Origin: Candidatus Moraniibacteriota bacterium
Lineage (GTDB): Bacteria; Patescibacteriota; Minisyncoccia; Moranbacterales; UBA11712
Assembly: GCA_026396255.1 (NCBI GenBank)
Contig: JAPLXD010000006.1
Span: 1 to 58,341 of the forward strand
Length of the DNA stretch: 58,341 bases
Direction of reading: 5' to 3'
A program made the position numbers and the translations under genes. Shown piece after piece: positions 7,658 through 16,030 of the stretch; within the stretch, counting starts at the first letter, position 1, and every line of letters begins with the position of its first letter. The notes under the pieces were generated by a model. That model did not search any database and was not told where the DNA came from. It was given only the letters and a program-made list of their open reading frames with translations.

Positions 7658-9040
7658 ATGCGTAAAAACTGGAATTCTAGAACGTTTTCTTTCAGGATTG
7701 ATGACTTCTTTCACCTTTTCATTAACACCACAACTGGGGCTATCGATATTGTCCCCGAGAGGGTAGCCTATGGAGTTATGAGTCAGGACGAGAGGCAAAT
7801 CTTGATCCAGCGTGGCCACATAGGAAACAGGAGAGGTGAGCAAACGGCTCTTACCCTCCTCCGTGAGGCGAATCTCAATCATAGTGAACACATGCCTTAC
7901 TGGTTTTATGTCTCGACTACGCTCAACTGCAACTTCGCCTGTACCATTTGTTACGAGAGAAAGATTTTGGGAAGCGGTGAAATTTCTCCCGAAGTACTGC
8001 ATGGTTCACTCCAAGCTATCAAGGGTTTGCAGGAAAAATGGGCGATACCCCCGAGTAAAATGAACCTGGTTCTGTTTGGGGGAGAACCACTTCTTGTATC
8101 CAATCCCGAAATCCTCCGCACGGCTTTAAAATTCGCCGAGCGGAACAGATGGAAGTGCGTCATCATCACTAATGGTACGAGAGCAATAAGTTTTTCGGAT
8201 CTGTTCGATGAGTTTCGGGAAATCATCTCGGATTTTCGGATTACCATTGACGGGCCGCCCCGAATCCACGATTCCCGACGACCCTATAGAGGAGGCAAGG
8301 GATCTTTCGCGGACGTGGTATCCGCCATTGAGCATCTGCTCCAAAAGGGTCATCAGGTGAAGATGCAAACTATCCTCGGGGCGGGGAATATCCTAAAGCT
8401 CGAAGCGCTCCTAAAAATCGTCAGGCAAAAAGGATGGCTGGAGCTCTCGAACTTCCAGTGGCGGATCGAAGCCTCCCACGACTATGCTAATCTAGACAAC
8501 GCCGAAGATGAGTATTCCGAAGCGGCAATCGTGAAAACCCTTGTTGATCTTTTCCAAAAATATCCGATACTGATGGGGAAGATGAAATTCGAGAGTTTCA
8601 AGTATCTCGCTCATCTCACCAACAGCTTCGGGTGGCTGGGAAACTTCAAGACATATTGGGGGCCGAAGTTCAACTTCTGCGAACCGCAAAAGGGTTTTCA
8701 ATATATCTTCTCGATTGACGGGAAAATTTACCACTGTCCCAGGACAATCGGCAAATCTGAATTTTGCGTGGGAGACATAACTCAAGGTCTCTCCGGGAGA
8801 GATGCGGAGTTGAAAAGGACTTCGATGCTCGATAGGGACAAATGCAAAGCCTGCATAGTCAACACTCTATGCGGGGGAGGGTGTCCCGTTCAGGCGAAAA
8901 ATTTCCCGAAGATGGACTGCCAAAATGCCGTTCTCTTCAAAATCGATGCTTTCATCGAACTTTTGCAGGGCAGAATCCTAGAACAAGCAACGCCCGACAG
9001 GATCACTTCGGTGAATGAATTATGGCTGCCGGAAATGTAA
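7658..9040 (+). CDS. radical SAM / SPASM-domain enzyme (peptide-maturase-like)
   Basis: CNFACTICY (CxxxCxxC) at aa 91-98 follows an ~85-aa N-terminal extension. The C-terminal Cys-rich SPASM-like region reads HCPRT..FCVGD..DKCKACIVNTLCGGGCP. Confidence 0.85.
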   Translation: MRKNWNSRTFSFRIDDFFHLFINTTTGAIDIVPERVAYGVMSQDERQILIQRGHIGNRRGEQTALTLLREANLNHSEHMPYWFYVSTTLNCNFACTICYERKILGSGEISPEVLHGSLQAIKGLQEKWAIPPSKMNLVLFGGEPLLVSNPEILRTALKFAERNRWKCVIITNGTRAISFSDLFDEFREIISDFRITIDGPPRIHDSRRPYRGGKGSFADVVSAIEHLLQKGHQVKMQTILGAGNILKLEALLKIVRQKGWLELSNFQWRIEASHDYANLDNAEDEYSEAAIVKTLVDLFQKYPILMGKMKFESFKYLAHLTNSFGWLGNFKTYWGPKFNFCEPQKGFQYIFSIDGKIYHCPRTIGKSEFCVGDITQGLSGRDAELKRTSMLDRDKCKACIVNTLCGGGCPVQAKNFPKMDCQNAVLFKIDAFIELLQGRILEQATPDRITSVNELWLPEM

Positions 9041-9059
9041 CCACAGGAGGCGAACATAG

Positions 9060-9100
9060 AGACCTCATTCGGGTGCGAACTCGCGTGAGGTCTTTTTCTT
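9060..9100 (+). terminator. intrinsic terminator after the radical SAM gene
   Basis: AGACCTCA-N18-TGAGGTCT followed by TTTTTCTTTT. Confidence 0.65.
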
Positions 9101-9201
9101 TTCCTCTAAGTAAAAGCATGATAGTTCCTGTACAAATAAGCGTCGGGTGTTTTTTTGTAGGGAATAAAGTATAATAAAAATAGAATTGAAAAGAATATAA
9201 A

Positions 9202-10479
9202 ATGAAAGGTTATATTTCGAAAATAACAATATATTTTTGTTTGCTTGTTTTGTTTTTGGCGTCCGATGTATCTTTGGCTGCCCAGAATGATGCCCAGCAG
9301 CAGGATTTGAAAATGAAAATAAATATTCTGCGGAACCAGATCCAGGAATATCAAAAAGAAATTGATGTCAAAAATAACCAAGCAGAAACTCTTCAGGGCG
9401 ATATCGACGCTATCGAAAAAGACATTGCAAAAATAAAGCTTGAAATGCAGGAGACTCAGTTGGTGATCCAAGGCCTTGATCTTGAGATCGCGGACAAAGA
9501 AGCGGGCATAGCCGCGATGCAGAAAGAGGTGGAGGCCAAAAAGAAAGTCCTCGCGCAATTTATGCAGGAATTGTATGAAAACGGCAATGCTACGTCCGTG
9601 GAATTGGCCCTGGGAAACAATACTTTTTCAGACTACTTTTTTCAGGCGGACAGCCTCGAATCATTTGAGGAGAGGACGAGGGAGATATATGACCGGTTCG
9701 TTTTTCTTCGTGAAGGTATCCAGAAAGAAAAGGATGATCTACTCTCTCAAAAAGAAGAACAGATGAATCTCAGAGCGATGCAAAACGACCAGCAAAATAC
9801 TTTGGATTCGCAAGAGCAGGCAAAAAATTCTCTTTTGGGCAAAACAAAGAATGACAAGCAGGCGCTTTCGGATCAGATGGGAAAATTGCAAGATCAGCTG
9901 AACGCTTTGCAGGCGCTCGGTGAGCCGATCAATATTGATGAAGCAATCAGCGCCGCCAAATATGCATCCGGTTTCACGCATGTTGCGCCGGAATTTTTGC
10001 TCGGCGTCTTGCGCGTCGAATCGGGACTTGGAACGAATGTCGGGGGAGGGAGATATAAAACTGACATGAATCCGGCCCAGTGGGACACTTTCAAAAAAAT
10101 TTGCGGTGAACTCGGAGTTGATCCGAACAGCGTGCCGGTGTCGCGCCGGGCTTGCTACAATTCAAATTCGAAGGACGGATGCGGGGGATGGGGAGGAGCG
10201 ATGGGGCCGGGACAATTCATGCCGACCACCTGGCTCGGATACAAAAGCAAGGTGGAAAAACTCACAGGGAATAGTCCGGCGAACCCGTGGGATCTCAAGG
10301 ACTCCCTTGTCGCGATGGGTCTCAAGCTGGTGGCGGTGAACGGCGTGACGGCGGGCGACCGGTCGGCTTGGGCGAAAGCGGCGGCGATGTATCTCGCGGG
10401 CGGCAACTGGGAAAACTATTCGTGGTATTCGGATCGGGTGTTGTCTTATGCCGACGGATTCAAAAAAATAATGAAATAA
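9202..10479 (+). CDS. secreted coiled-coil protein with C-terminal SLT_2-type lytic transglycosylase domain
   Basis: Signal/anchor sequence, a ~200-aa Q/E/K-rich coiled coil, then ESGLG...GAMGPGQFMPTTW. Confidence 0.75.
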   Translation: MKGYISKITIYFCLLVLFLASDVSLAAQNDAQQQDLKMKINILRNQIQEYQKEIDVKNNQAETLQGDIDAIEKDIAKIKLEMQETQLVIQGLDLEIADKEAGIAAMQKEVEAKKKVLAQFMQELYENGNATSVELALGNNTFSDYFFQADSLESFEERTREIYDRFVFLREGIQKEKDDLLSQKEEQMNLRAMQNDQQNTLDSQEQAKNSLLGKTKNDKQALSDQMGKLQDQLNALQALGEPINIDEAISAAKYASGFTHVAPEFLLGVLRVESGLGTNVGGGRYKTDMNPAQWDTFKKICGELGVDPNSVPVSRRACYNSNSKDGCGGWGGAMGPGQFMPTTWLGYKSKVEKLTGNSPANPWDLKDSLVAMGLKLVAVNGVTAGDRSAWAKAAAMYLAGGNWENYSWYSDRVLSYADGFKKIMK

Positions 10480-10480
10480 A

Positions 10481-10558
10481 TCCCCGCACTAAATTTTAGC
10501 AAAACTATTTTATTATAATGGTCATAATTGCCTTCGGGTATTGAATTTAGTGCGGAGA
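10481..10558. repeat. CCCCGCAC-type inverted-repeat element (copy 2)
   Basis: TCCCCGCACTAAATT ... AATTTAGTGCGGA, starting 2 nt after the stop codon. Confidence 0.7.
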
Positions 10559-10600
10559 TAAATTTGTCAAGTCTTTTTGGAAAAATATTCCTTCGCATCA

Positions 10601-10629
10601 TTGACTAATGCAAAAAATAGTTATATAAT
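10601..10629 (+). promoter_or_regulatory. consensus sigma70-like promoter
   Basis: TTGACT-N17-TATAAT. Confidence 0.65.
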
Positions 10630-10672
10630 AAGAAAGTAAGATCCATAAAGAAGGGGGTTTTGCGCAAGTAAG

Positions 10673-10710
10673 GGTGATTTATACATGGGTGTAAATCGCC
10701 TTTTGTTTTT
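10673..10710 (+). terminator. terminator/attenuator hairpin ~40 nt downstream of the predicted start site
   Basis: GGTGATTTA-N10-TAAATCGCC followed by TTTTGTTTTT. Confidence 0.55.
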
Positions 10711-10721
10711 CTGTCTTTCTC

Positions 10722-10753
10722 TACGAATTACGAATCTGTACGAATATACGAAT
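10722..10753 (+). repeat. four TACGAAT heptamers
   Basis: TACGAAT TACGAAT ctg TACGAAT a TACGAAT. An inverted counterpart lies at 23868-23898. Confidence 0.8.
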
Positions 10754-10805
10754 ATTATAAAACGCCTTTGAGGCGTTACTGAAGAATAAATTATTTCGAG
10801 TCAGG

Positions 10806-12122
10806 GTGAGCTCAATTCAAGAAATGCAAATACCTGCTAAATGGGTGGCAGAACGAATAGGGGTGAGCTCAAGAGGAAGAACGAAAATATTTTCGCTGGT
10901 TTTTGTTTCGGTGATAATTTCGGCAAGCGCGCTTGTTGTCTCCTCATCCGGAAAAACGGTTGCTTCCGACATTACCGTGGAAAAAGTGATCGAGCTTACC
11001 AATGCATCAAGGGCGGAGGCGGGCGAGAGCGCGCTTACTGTGAACTCGAAATTGTCCCAGGCGGCCGAAACGAAAGCTTCGGATATGGTTGCCAACAATT
11101 ATTTTTCGCATACTTCTCCGGCCGGGGCGACGCCCTGGAGCTGGATCCAAAAAGAAAACTACGACTATATCTATGCCGGAGAGAACCTGGCAATGGATTT
11201 TCATGCAGCGGAAAATATGGAAGAGGCTTGGATGGCCAGTCCCACGCATCGGGCGAACATACTTAACCAGAATTATCACGAGATGGGAACGGCAGTGAAA
11301 GAGGGGATTATAAACGGCCACGATACAATTCTGGTCGTTGTGATGTTCGGCTCGGGAGACAAAAATTCGTCAAGCTTGAATGACGTAAACAAGAAAACAT
11401 TGAATCCGGAAAAGCGTGTGGACAGCGGGAAAAATTTCCCAACGCTGTCCGTGGGAGAAGAGGGGAGGAGCCAAAGCCTTTTCGAACAGCCGACGATCAC
11501 CAGTCCGCAATCGGGGGAAATATTTTCCGGTAGCGAGGTCAAAATCACTGGACGGGCTAAGCCGGAAGAAACTGTCGCAATTTTCGACAATGGAAATTTT
11601 GTCGGTTCAGCGGTTGCAGATCCGGATGGATGGTTTTCTTTTTCGGAGACAGGATTGGCTGAAGGGACACATGGCCTTGCTCTGCAAAATAAAAACGTAT
11701 TCGCGGATGCAACAACCAATTTCTTTGTTGACCGGGAAAAGCCGAATGTCGATTTCCGCCTCTATGCCGACCAAAACGATCCAAGCCGATTTTTTCTTGA
11801 AGCAAGCGCTGACAAAAACAATTGTACGTTCCAGTTCAACGGAGAGTCGAGGCCTGTTCTGGGAGAAGATAAGGCTTTGTTTTCCGTTGACGCGGAAAAG
11901 TCATCCATCATTCTGCGAGTGTCGGATCAGGCAGGAAACAAAAATTTCCGACAGATCAATCTGGCCAACTACTATCCGGGCAGCGGCAACAGTGGAAACA
12001 ATATTTCAGACAAGCTGGCAGCGCTTATGTCCGCGCCAGAAAATATCTTCGCGAATGATCCAGGGAGAGACGCGATGAAGAACAATTTGGGACTAGCGAT
12101 GGGAGGGATAAATAATTATTAA
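10806..12122 (+). CDS. membrane-anchored CAP/SCP (PR-1-like) domain protein with Ig-like C-terminal region
   Basis: CAP blocks YFSHTSPAG..W, GENLA and SPTHRANIL. An alternative GTG start at 10863 follows a 12-nt direct repeat GGGTGAGCTCAA. Confidence 0.8.
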   Translation: MSSIQEMQIPAKWVAERIGVSSRGRTKIFSLVFVSVIISASALVVSSSGKTVASDITVEKVIELTNASRAEAGESALTVNSKLSQAAETKASDMVANNYFSHTSPAGATPWSWIQKENYDYIYAGENLAMDFHAAENMEEAWMASPTHRANILNQNYHEMGTAVKEGIINGHDTILVVVMFGSGDKNSSSLNDVNKKTLNPEKRVDSGKNFPTLSVGEEGRSQSLFEQPTITSPQSGEIFSGSEVKITGRAKPEETVAIFDNGNFVGSAVADPDGWFSFSETGLAEGTHGLALQNKNVFADATTNFFVDREKPNVDFRLYADQNDPSRFFLEASADKNNCTFQFNGESRPVLGEDKALFSVDAEKSSIILRVSDQAGNKNFRQINLANYYPGSGNSGNNISDKLAALMSAPENIFANDPGRDAMKNNLGLAMGGINNY

Positions 12123-12385
12123 TTTTTAATAAATGTGATGTAAAAGAAAAACGAAAATCAAAAATCAAAAAGTTCCTTAAAAAAACAAAATAAAAAAATT
12201 GGGTGATCTAAACACCAAAAAAGTGTTTTATCAAAAAAGTAAGTGTCCTTTCTTTTTGTCCTTCGGGGCAGTCTGGCAAACCATCCGCCTGAGTTTTTTC
12301 AAAAAACTTGGGCGGATTTTGTTTACCCTGTTAAATAATTTCGCAAGACGAAATTACTGTCTCGCAGTATTTAACAGGGTGAAGG

Positions 12386-12414
12386 TTGATTATATTATCA
12401 ATTTCAGATATAAT
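12386..12414 (+). promoter_or_regulatory. sigma70-like promoter for murA
   Basis: TTGATT-N17-TATAAT. Confidence 0.55.
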
Positions 12415-12438
12415 AGCAATGCTTGTAATTCGATATTC

Positions 12439-13695
12439 ATGTCATATTTTGAAATAATCGGGGGAAAAAAGTTGAACGGGGAAATTGAAGTAAAAGGAGC
12501 GAAAAACGCGGCTTTGAAGGCAGTGGCGGCGGCTCTTTTGTCACGGGAAAAATGGACGATCACAAATTTTCCTTTCATTGAGGATACGAAAAGAATTTTG
12601 GAGCTGATTGAGGATCTTGGGGTGAGAGTGAAAAGGTTTAGCAACAAAGTCGAAATCCAGGCCGATCAGATCAAAAAAAGCCAGCTTGACGACGAGCTCG
12701 CGAAAAAATTGCGCGCGTCGATCATCCTGGCGGGGCCGGTCTTGGCGCGGAAAGGCGAAGTGCGGATGCATCATCCGGGCGGGTGCGTGATCGGCAAGCG
12801 ACCGATCGATATGTTTCTCGACGGCTTTCAGAAATTCGGAGCTGTCGTGAAATGGGAGAACGACCATTTCCGGATGAGCGCGAAGAAGCTGAAAGGCGCG
12901 AAAATATTTTTTCCGCGTATCACCGTGACCGGGACGGAAACAATGATGATCACGGCGGTTCTGGCTGAAGGGGAAACCGTTCTTTCCAATGCGGCGATGG
13001 AGCCGGAAATTCCGGCGCTGGCAGAATTTTTGAACAAGTGCGGAGCGAAAATATCCGGCGCAGGAACGCCAACAATCAAGATACGCGGAGTGAAGAGCAT
13101 AAAAGGCGGAAAATTGGAATTGATTCCCGACCGGATTGAAGCGGGAACATTTGCAATTCTTGGGGCGCTTGCGGGCGGAAAAGTAAGGATCAAGAATTGC
13201 GTTCCCGACCATGTTCGGGCGCTTCTCACGTATCTCGAAAAAGCGGGAGTGAAGATTGAAGAGAAAAAAAATGAGTTGATCGTCTGGGGCGCGAAAAAAT
13301 TGAAACCGGTGAATATCGCGACGCATGAGTATCCGGGATTCGCAACGGACATACAACCTCCGTTTACGCTCTTGATGACACAAGCCAAGGGATCAAGCCT
13401 CATTCATGATTCAATTTTTGAGAGCCGTCTGATGTTCACGGATGCGCTCAATTTGATGGGCGCTCATATTGCGATGAATGATCCGCACCGAGCGACAGTC
13501 AACGGACCGACGAAATTGACCGGAAGAAAAATTGCCAGTCCTGATCTTCGGGCCGGCATCACCTTGGTTCTGGCCGGTCTTATTGCCAATGGAAAAACCA
13601 AGATTGAAAATATTTATCAGATTGACCGGGGATATGAGAAAATTGAAGAGCGTCTTCAAAAATTGGGAGCGGACATCCGGAGAGTGAAAAAATAA
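12439..13695 (+). CDS. murA: UDP-N-acetylglucosamine 1-carboxyvinyltransferase
   Basis: Starts MSYFEIIGGKKLNGEIEVKGAKNAALK. Active-site loop is HHPGGCVIGKRPID. The ORF-track start at 12199 is a spurious 5' extension. Confidence 0.92.
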   Translation: MSYFEIIGGKKLNGEIEVKGAKNAALKAVAAALLSREKWTITNFPFIEDTKRILELIEDLGVRVKRFSNKVEIQADQIKKSQLDDELAKKLRASIILAGPVLARKGEVRMHHPGGCVIGKRPIDMFLDGFQKFGAVVKWENDHFRMSAKKLKGAKIFFPRITVTGTETMMITAVLAEGETVLSNAAMEPEIPALAEFLNKCGAKISGAGTPTIKIRGVKSIKGGKLELIPDRIEAGTFAILGALAGGKVRIKNCVPDHVRALLTYLEKAGVKIEEKKNELIVWGAKKLKPVNIATHEYPGFATDIQPPFTLLMTQAKGSSLIHDSIFESRLMFTDALNLMGAHIAMNDPHRATVNGPTKLTGRKIASPDLRAGITLVLAGLIANGKTKIENIYQIDRGYEKIEERLQKLGADIRRVKK

Positions 13696-13740
13696 AAACA
13701 AAAAGCTCAAAGCGCAAAAATAAAAACAACAAGAGTTTTG

Positions 13741-13770
13741 TCAGCCAGAGGCTGATCCGCCTTTGGCGGA
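13741..13770. repeat. 30-bp palindrome, intergenic copy
   Basis: TCAGCCAGAGGCTGATCCGCCTTTGGCGGA is 28/30 identical to the thrS copy. The two changes are a compensatory pair. Confidence 0.85.
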
Positions 13771-13797
13771 AATTTTAAGTTTTGAGTTTTTATTATC

Positions 13798-14805
13798 GTG
13801 TTTATCAAAAAAATTGGAATTGATCTTGGGACGGCCAATACTTTGGTATTTCTGCCGGGTGAAGGAATTGTTGTCAATGAGCCGTCGGTTGTGGCAATTT
13901 CACTCGTGGACAACAAGATTATGGCGGTCGGCAACGAAGCCAAAGAGATGCTTGGCCGCACCCCGGAAGCAATCACGGCCATGAGGCCACTAAAAGACGG
14001 TGTGATTGCGGATTATCGGATCACGGAAGCGATGCTTCGCTATTTTATCAACAAGGTGGCGGGCGGTTTTCGGCTGTTCCGTCCCGAGGTGATGGTTTCC
14101 ATTCCGGCCGGTGTCACTTCAACGGAACGGCGGGCCGTTGTCGACGCAACCGTGAAGGCGGGGGCGAAGACCGCCTATGTTGTCAAAGAGCCGATCCTGG
14201 CGGCGATTGGGGCGGGTATTCCGATCAACAGTGCAGCGGGGAATATGATTGTTGATATTGGCGGCGGGACCAGCGAAGTGGCGATTATCTCTTTGGGGGG
14301 AGTCGTGGCGGCGCACAGCGCGCGAGTTGGCGGAAACAAGATTGACCAAGCGATTGCCGATTTCATCAAAAAGAAACACGGGCTTGCCATCGGGGAACGG
14401 ACGGCGGAAGAAATCAAGATCACAATCGGCAGCGCGATTCCGCAGATGAAGGACGAATATATGGAAGTGCGCGGACGCGATCTCATCGCGGGCTTGCCGA
14501 AAACGATCCGGGTTTCGGCCAACGAAATCACGGAAGCGATCCAGGATGAGTTGCGCGAAATCATCAATGCGATCAAAAAGGTTTTGCAGGAAACTCCGCC
14601 GGAGCTCGCCGCTGATGTGATCGACAAAGGGATGATCCTTTCGGGCGGCGGCGCTTTGCTTCGCCATCTTGACCAGCTGATCTCGAAGACTACAGGTGTG
14701 CCGTGCTATGTCGCGGATGATCCTCTTTTCTGCGTGGTGAAGGGAACGGGAATCGCGCTCGAGAATTTGGATATGTACAAAAGAACGATAATGCTGACAA
14801 AATAA
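13798..14805 (+). CDS. mreB: rod-shape actin homologue MreB (paralogue 1)
   Basis: IGIDLGTANTLV, DIGGGTSEVAIISLGG and GGGALL. GTG start. Confidence 0.92.
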   Translation: MFIKKIGIDLGTANTLVFLPGEGIVVNEPSVVAISLVDNKIMAVGNEAKEMLGRTPEAITAMRPLKDGVIADYRITEAMLRYFINKVAGGFRLFRPEVMVSIPAGVTSTERRAVVDATVKAGAKTAYVVKEPILAAIGAGIPINSAAGNMIVDIGGGTSEVAIISLGGVVAAHSARVGGNKIDQAIADFIKKKHGLAIGERTAEEIKITIGSAIPQMKDEYMEVRGRDLIAGLPKTIRVSANEITEAIQDELREIINAIKKVLQETPPELAADVIDKGMILSGGGALLRHLDQLISKTTGVPCYVADDPLFCVVKGTGIALENLDMYKRTIMLTK

Positions 14806-14882
14806 TTCACAAAACATATAACATGTAACACAAAACACAAGATTATTTTTCAAAATGTTACATGTTACATGCTTCGTGTTAT

Positions 14883-16004
14883 ATGACAATAGGGATTGAC
14901 GCTTCGCGAGCGTTCGTGAAAACAAAAACCGGAATTGAGGAATACGCTTATCGGGTGATCAAGCATTTGCGGGATTGTTTGGGTGACCGGTCCGTTGTTT
15001 TGTATTTGGATCCGAGAGTGAATGAAAAAAAATATATCGACTTCAAACTTCCCGAAAATTGGGAAGTGAAATTTCTGCGCGCGCCGATTTTTTGGACGCA
15101 GGCGCGGTTGTCGCTTGAGATGCTTTTTCGTCCGGTGGACGTGCTGTTCATCCCGGCGCATACGGTACCCCTCATTCATCCGAAAAATACCATTGTCACA
15201 ATTCATGGACTGGAATATGAATTCTGCCCCAAAGCTTATTCTTTGTTTGAAAGGCTTTATATGCGCTGGTCGATCCGGAATTCATGCCGGTCTGCCAGGC
15301 GAATTATTACGGTGAGCAAGAACACAAAGAATGATTTGGTGAGATTGTACAAAGTGCCGGAAAGGAAGATTGAAGTGATTTACGAAGGAATTGGTGATTT
15401 TGAGGATAAAGCGCAAAGTGAAAAGATCAAAAATACAACTCAAAAATTACAACTTTTGGGTTGTGGCTATTTTTTGTTCATTGGAAGGCTGGAAGACAGG
15501 AAAAATATTCTGGGAATAATCGAGGCTTTTGAAATATTGAAGAAAAAATATAAAATTTCGCAAAAATTGATTTTGGTCGGCAAGTTTGGTTTCGGAGGAG
15601 AAAAAATAAAGGGCAAAATTGATAGCAGTGCGTGCAAAAGCGATATGATCCTGACCGGTTATGTGAGCGATGAGGATAAGTTTTATTTACTCTCAAACGC
15701 GGATGTGTTTTTGTTCCCGACTTTCTATGAAGGTTTTGGTCTGCCGATTCTTGAGGCCCAGAGTGTCGGTACGCCGGTGATTGCTTCCGACACTTCTTCA
15801 ATGCCCGAAGTTGCGAATGATAGTGCGGTTTTAGTTGATCCAAAGGACGCCAATGCTATCGCCGAAGCGGCGCATAAACTGATCTCGGACGAATCCTATA
15901 AAAATGATATAATAGAAAAAGGATTGGAGAATGTGAAAAGATTCAGCTGGGAGAAGTGCGCGTTGGAGGTAAGTAGCTTGTTACGTAACAAGGTTAGTAA
16001 TTAA
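14883..16004 (+). CDS. GT4-family glycosyltransferase
   Basis: Starts MTIGIDASRAF. C-terminal signature is FPTFYEGFGLPILEAQSVGTPVIAS. The ORF-track start 14862 lies inside a repeat. Confidence 0.85.
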   Translation: MTIGIDASRAFVKTKTGIEEYAYRVIKHLRDCLGDRSVVLYLDPRVNEKKYIDFKLPENWEVKFLRAPIFWTQARLSLEMLFRPVDVLFIPAHTVPLIHPKNTIVTIHGLEYEFCPKAYSLFERLYMRWSIRNSCRSARRIITVSKNTKNDLVRLYKVPERKIEVIYEGIGDFEDKAQSEKIKNTTQKLQLLGCGYFLFIGRLEDRKNILGIIEAFEILKKKYKISQKLILVGKFGFGGEKIKGKIDSSACKSDMILTGYVSDEDKFYLLSNADVFLFPTFYEGFGLPILEAQSVGTPVIASDTSSMPEVANDSAVLVDPKDANAIAEAAHKLISDESYKNDIIEKGLENVKRFSWEKCALEVSSLLRNKVSN

Positions 16005-16030
16005 TTATGTAATTTGCAATGTTATTTTGC

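Noticed and set aside
7585-7665. A 26-codon ORF (MFIQLFNNKITYKYYRINRVGGGQDA) just upstream of and overlapping the radical SAM start, considered as a RiPP precursor.
   Set aside because: Its ATG overlaps the predicted -10 hexamer (TAGAATG), so it would probably not be transcribed. It has no RBS and no Cys, Ser or Thr-rich core. Only three residues follow the GGG motif.
10685-10771. A 28-codon ORF (MGVNRLLFFCLSLRITNLYEYTNIIKRL) inside the promoter-terminator unit.
   Set aside because: It runs through the terminator hairpin and the TACGAAT repeat array, so its sequence is dictated by those elements. No convincing SD sequence is present.
12199-12438. 5' extensions of ORF-track entries for murA (12199), the GT4 gene (14862), holB (18212), greA (27774), the Mur-ligase-like gene (32550), uvrB (45640) and uvrA (50030).
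   Set aside because: The extensions run through spacers containing promoters, hairpins or repeat elements. The family-typical N-termini begin at internal ATGs at 12439, 14883, 18353, 27855, 32622, 45646 and 50042.
12541-13383. Long antisense ORFs mirrored on well-supported genes. Examples are 12541-13383(-) in murA, 14119-14925(-) in mreB, 26319-27092(-) in mrdA, 28751-29758(-) in lysS, 30292-31035(-) in serS, 41522-42001(-) and 42344-42940(-) in the ATPase, and 55147-55809(-).
   Set aside because: Each lies fully inside a gene with clear family motifs on the other strand. Their products are R/F/H-rich low-complexity sequences with no motif and no RBS. They are best explained by codon bias depleting stop codons on the antisense strand.
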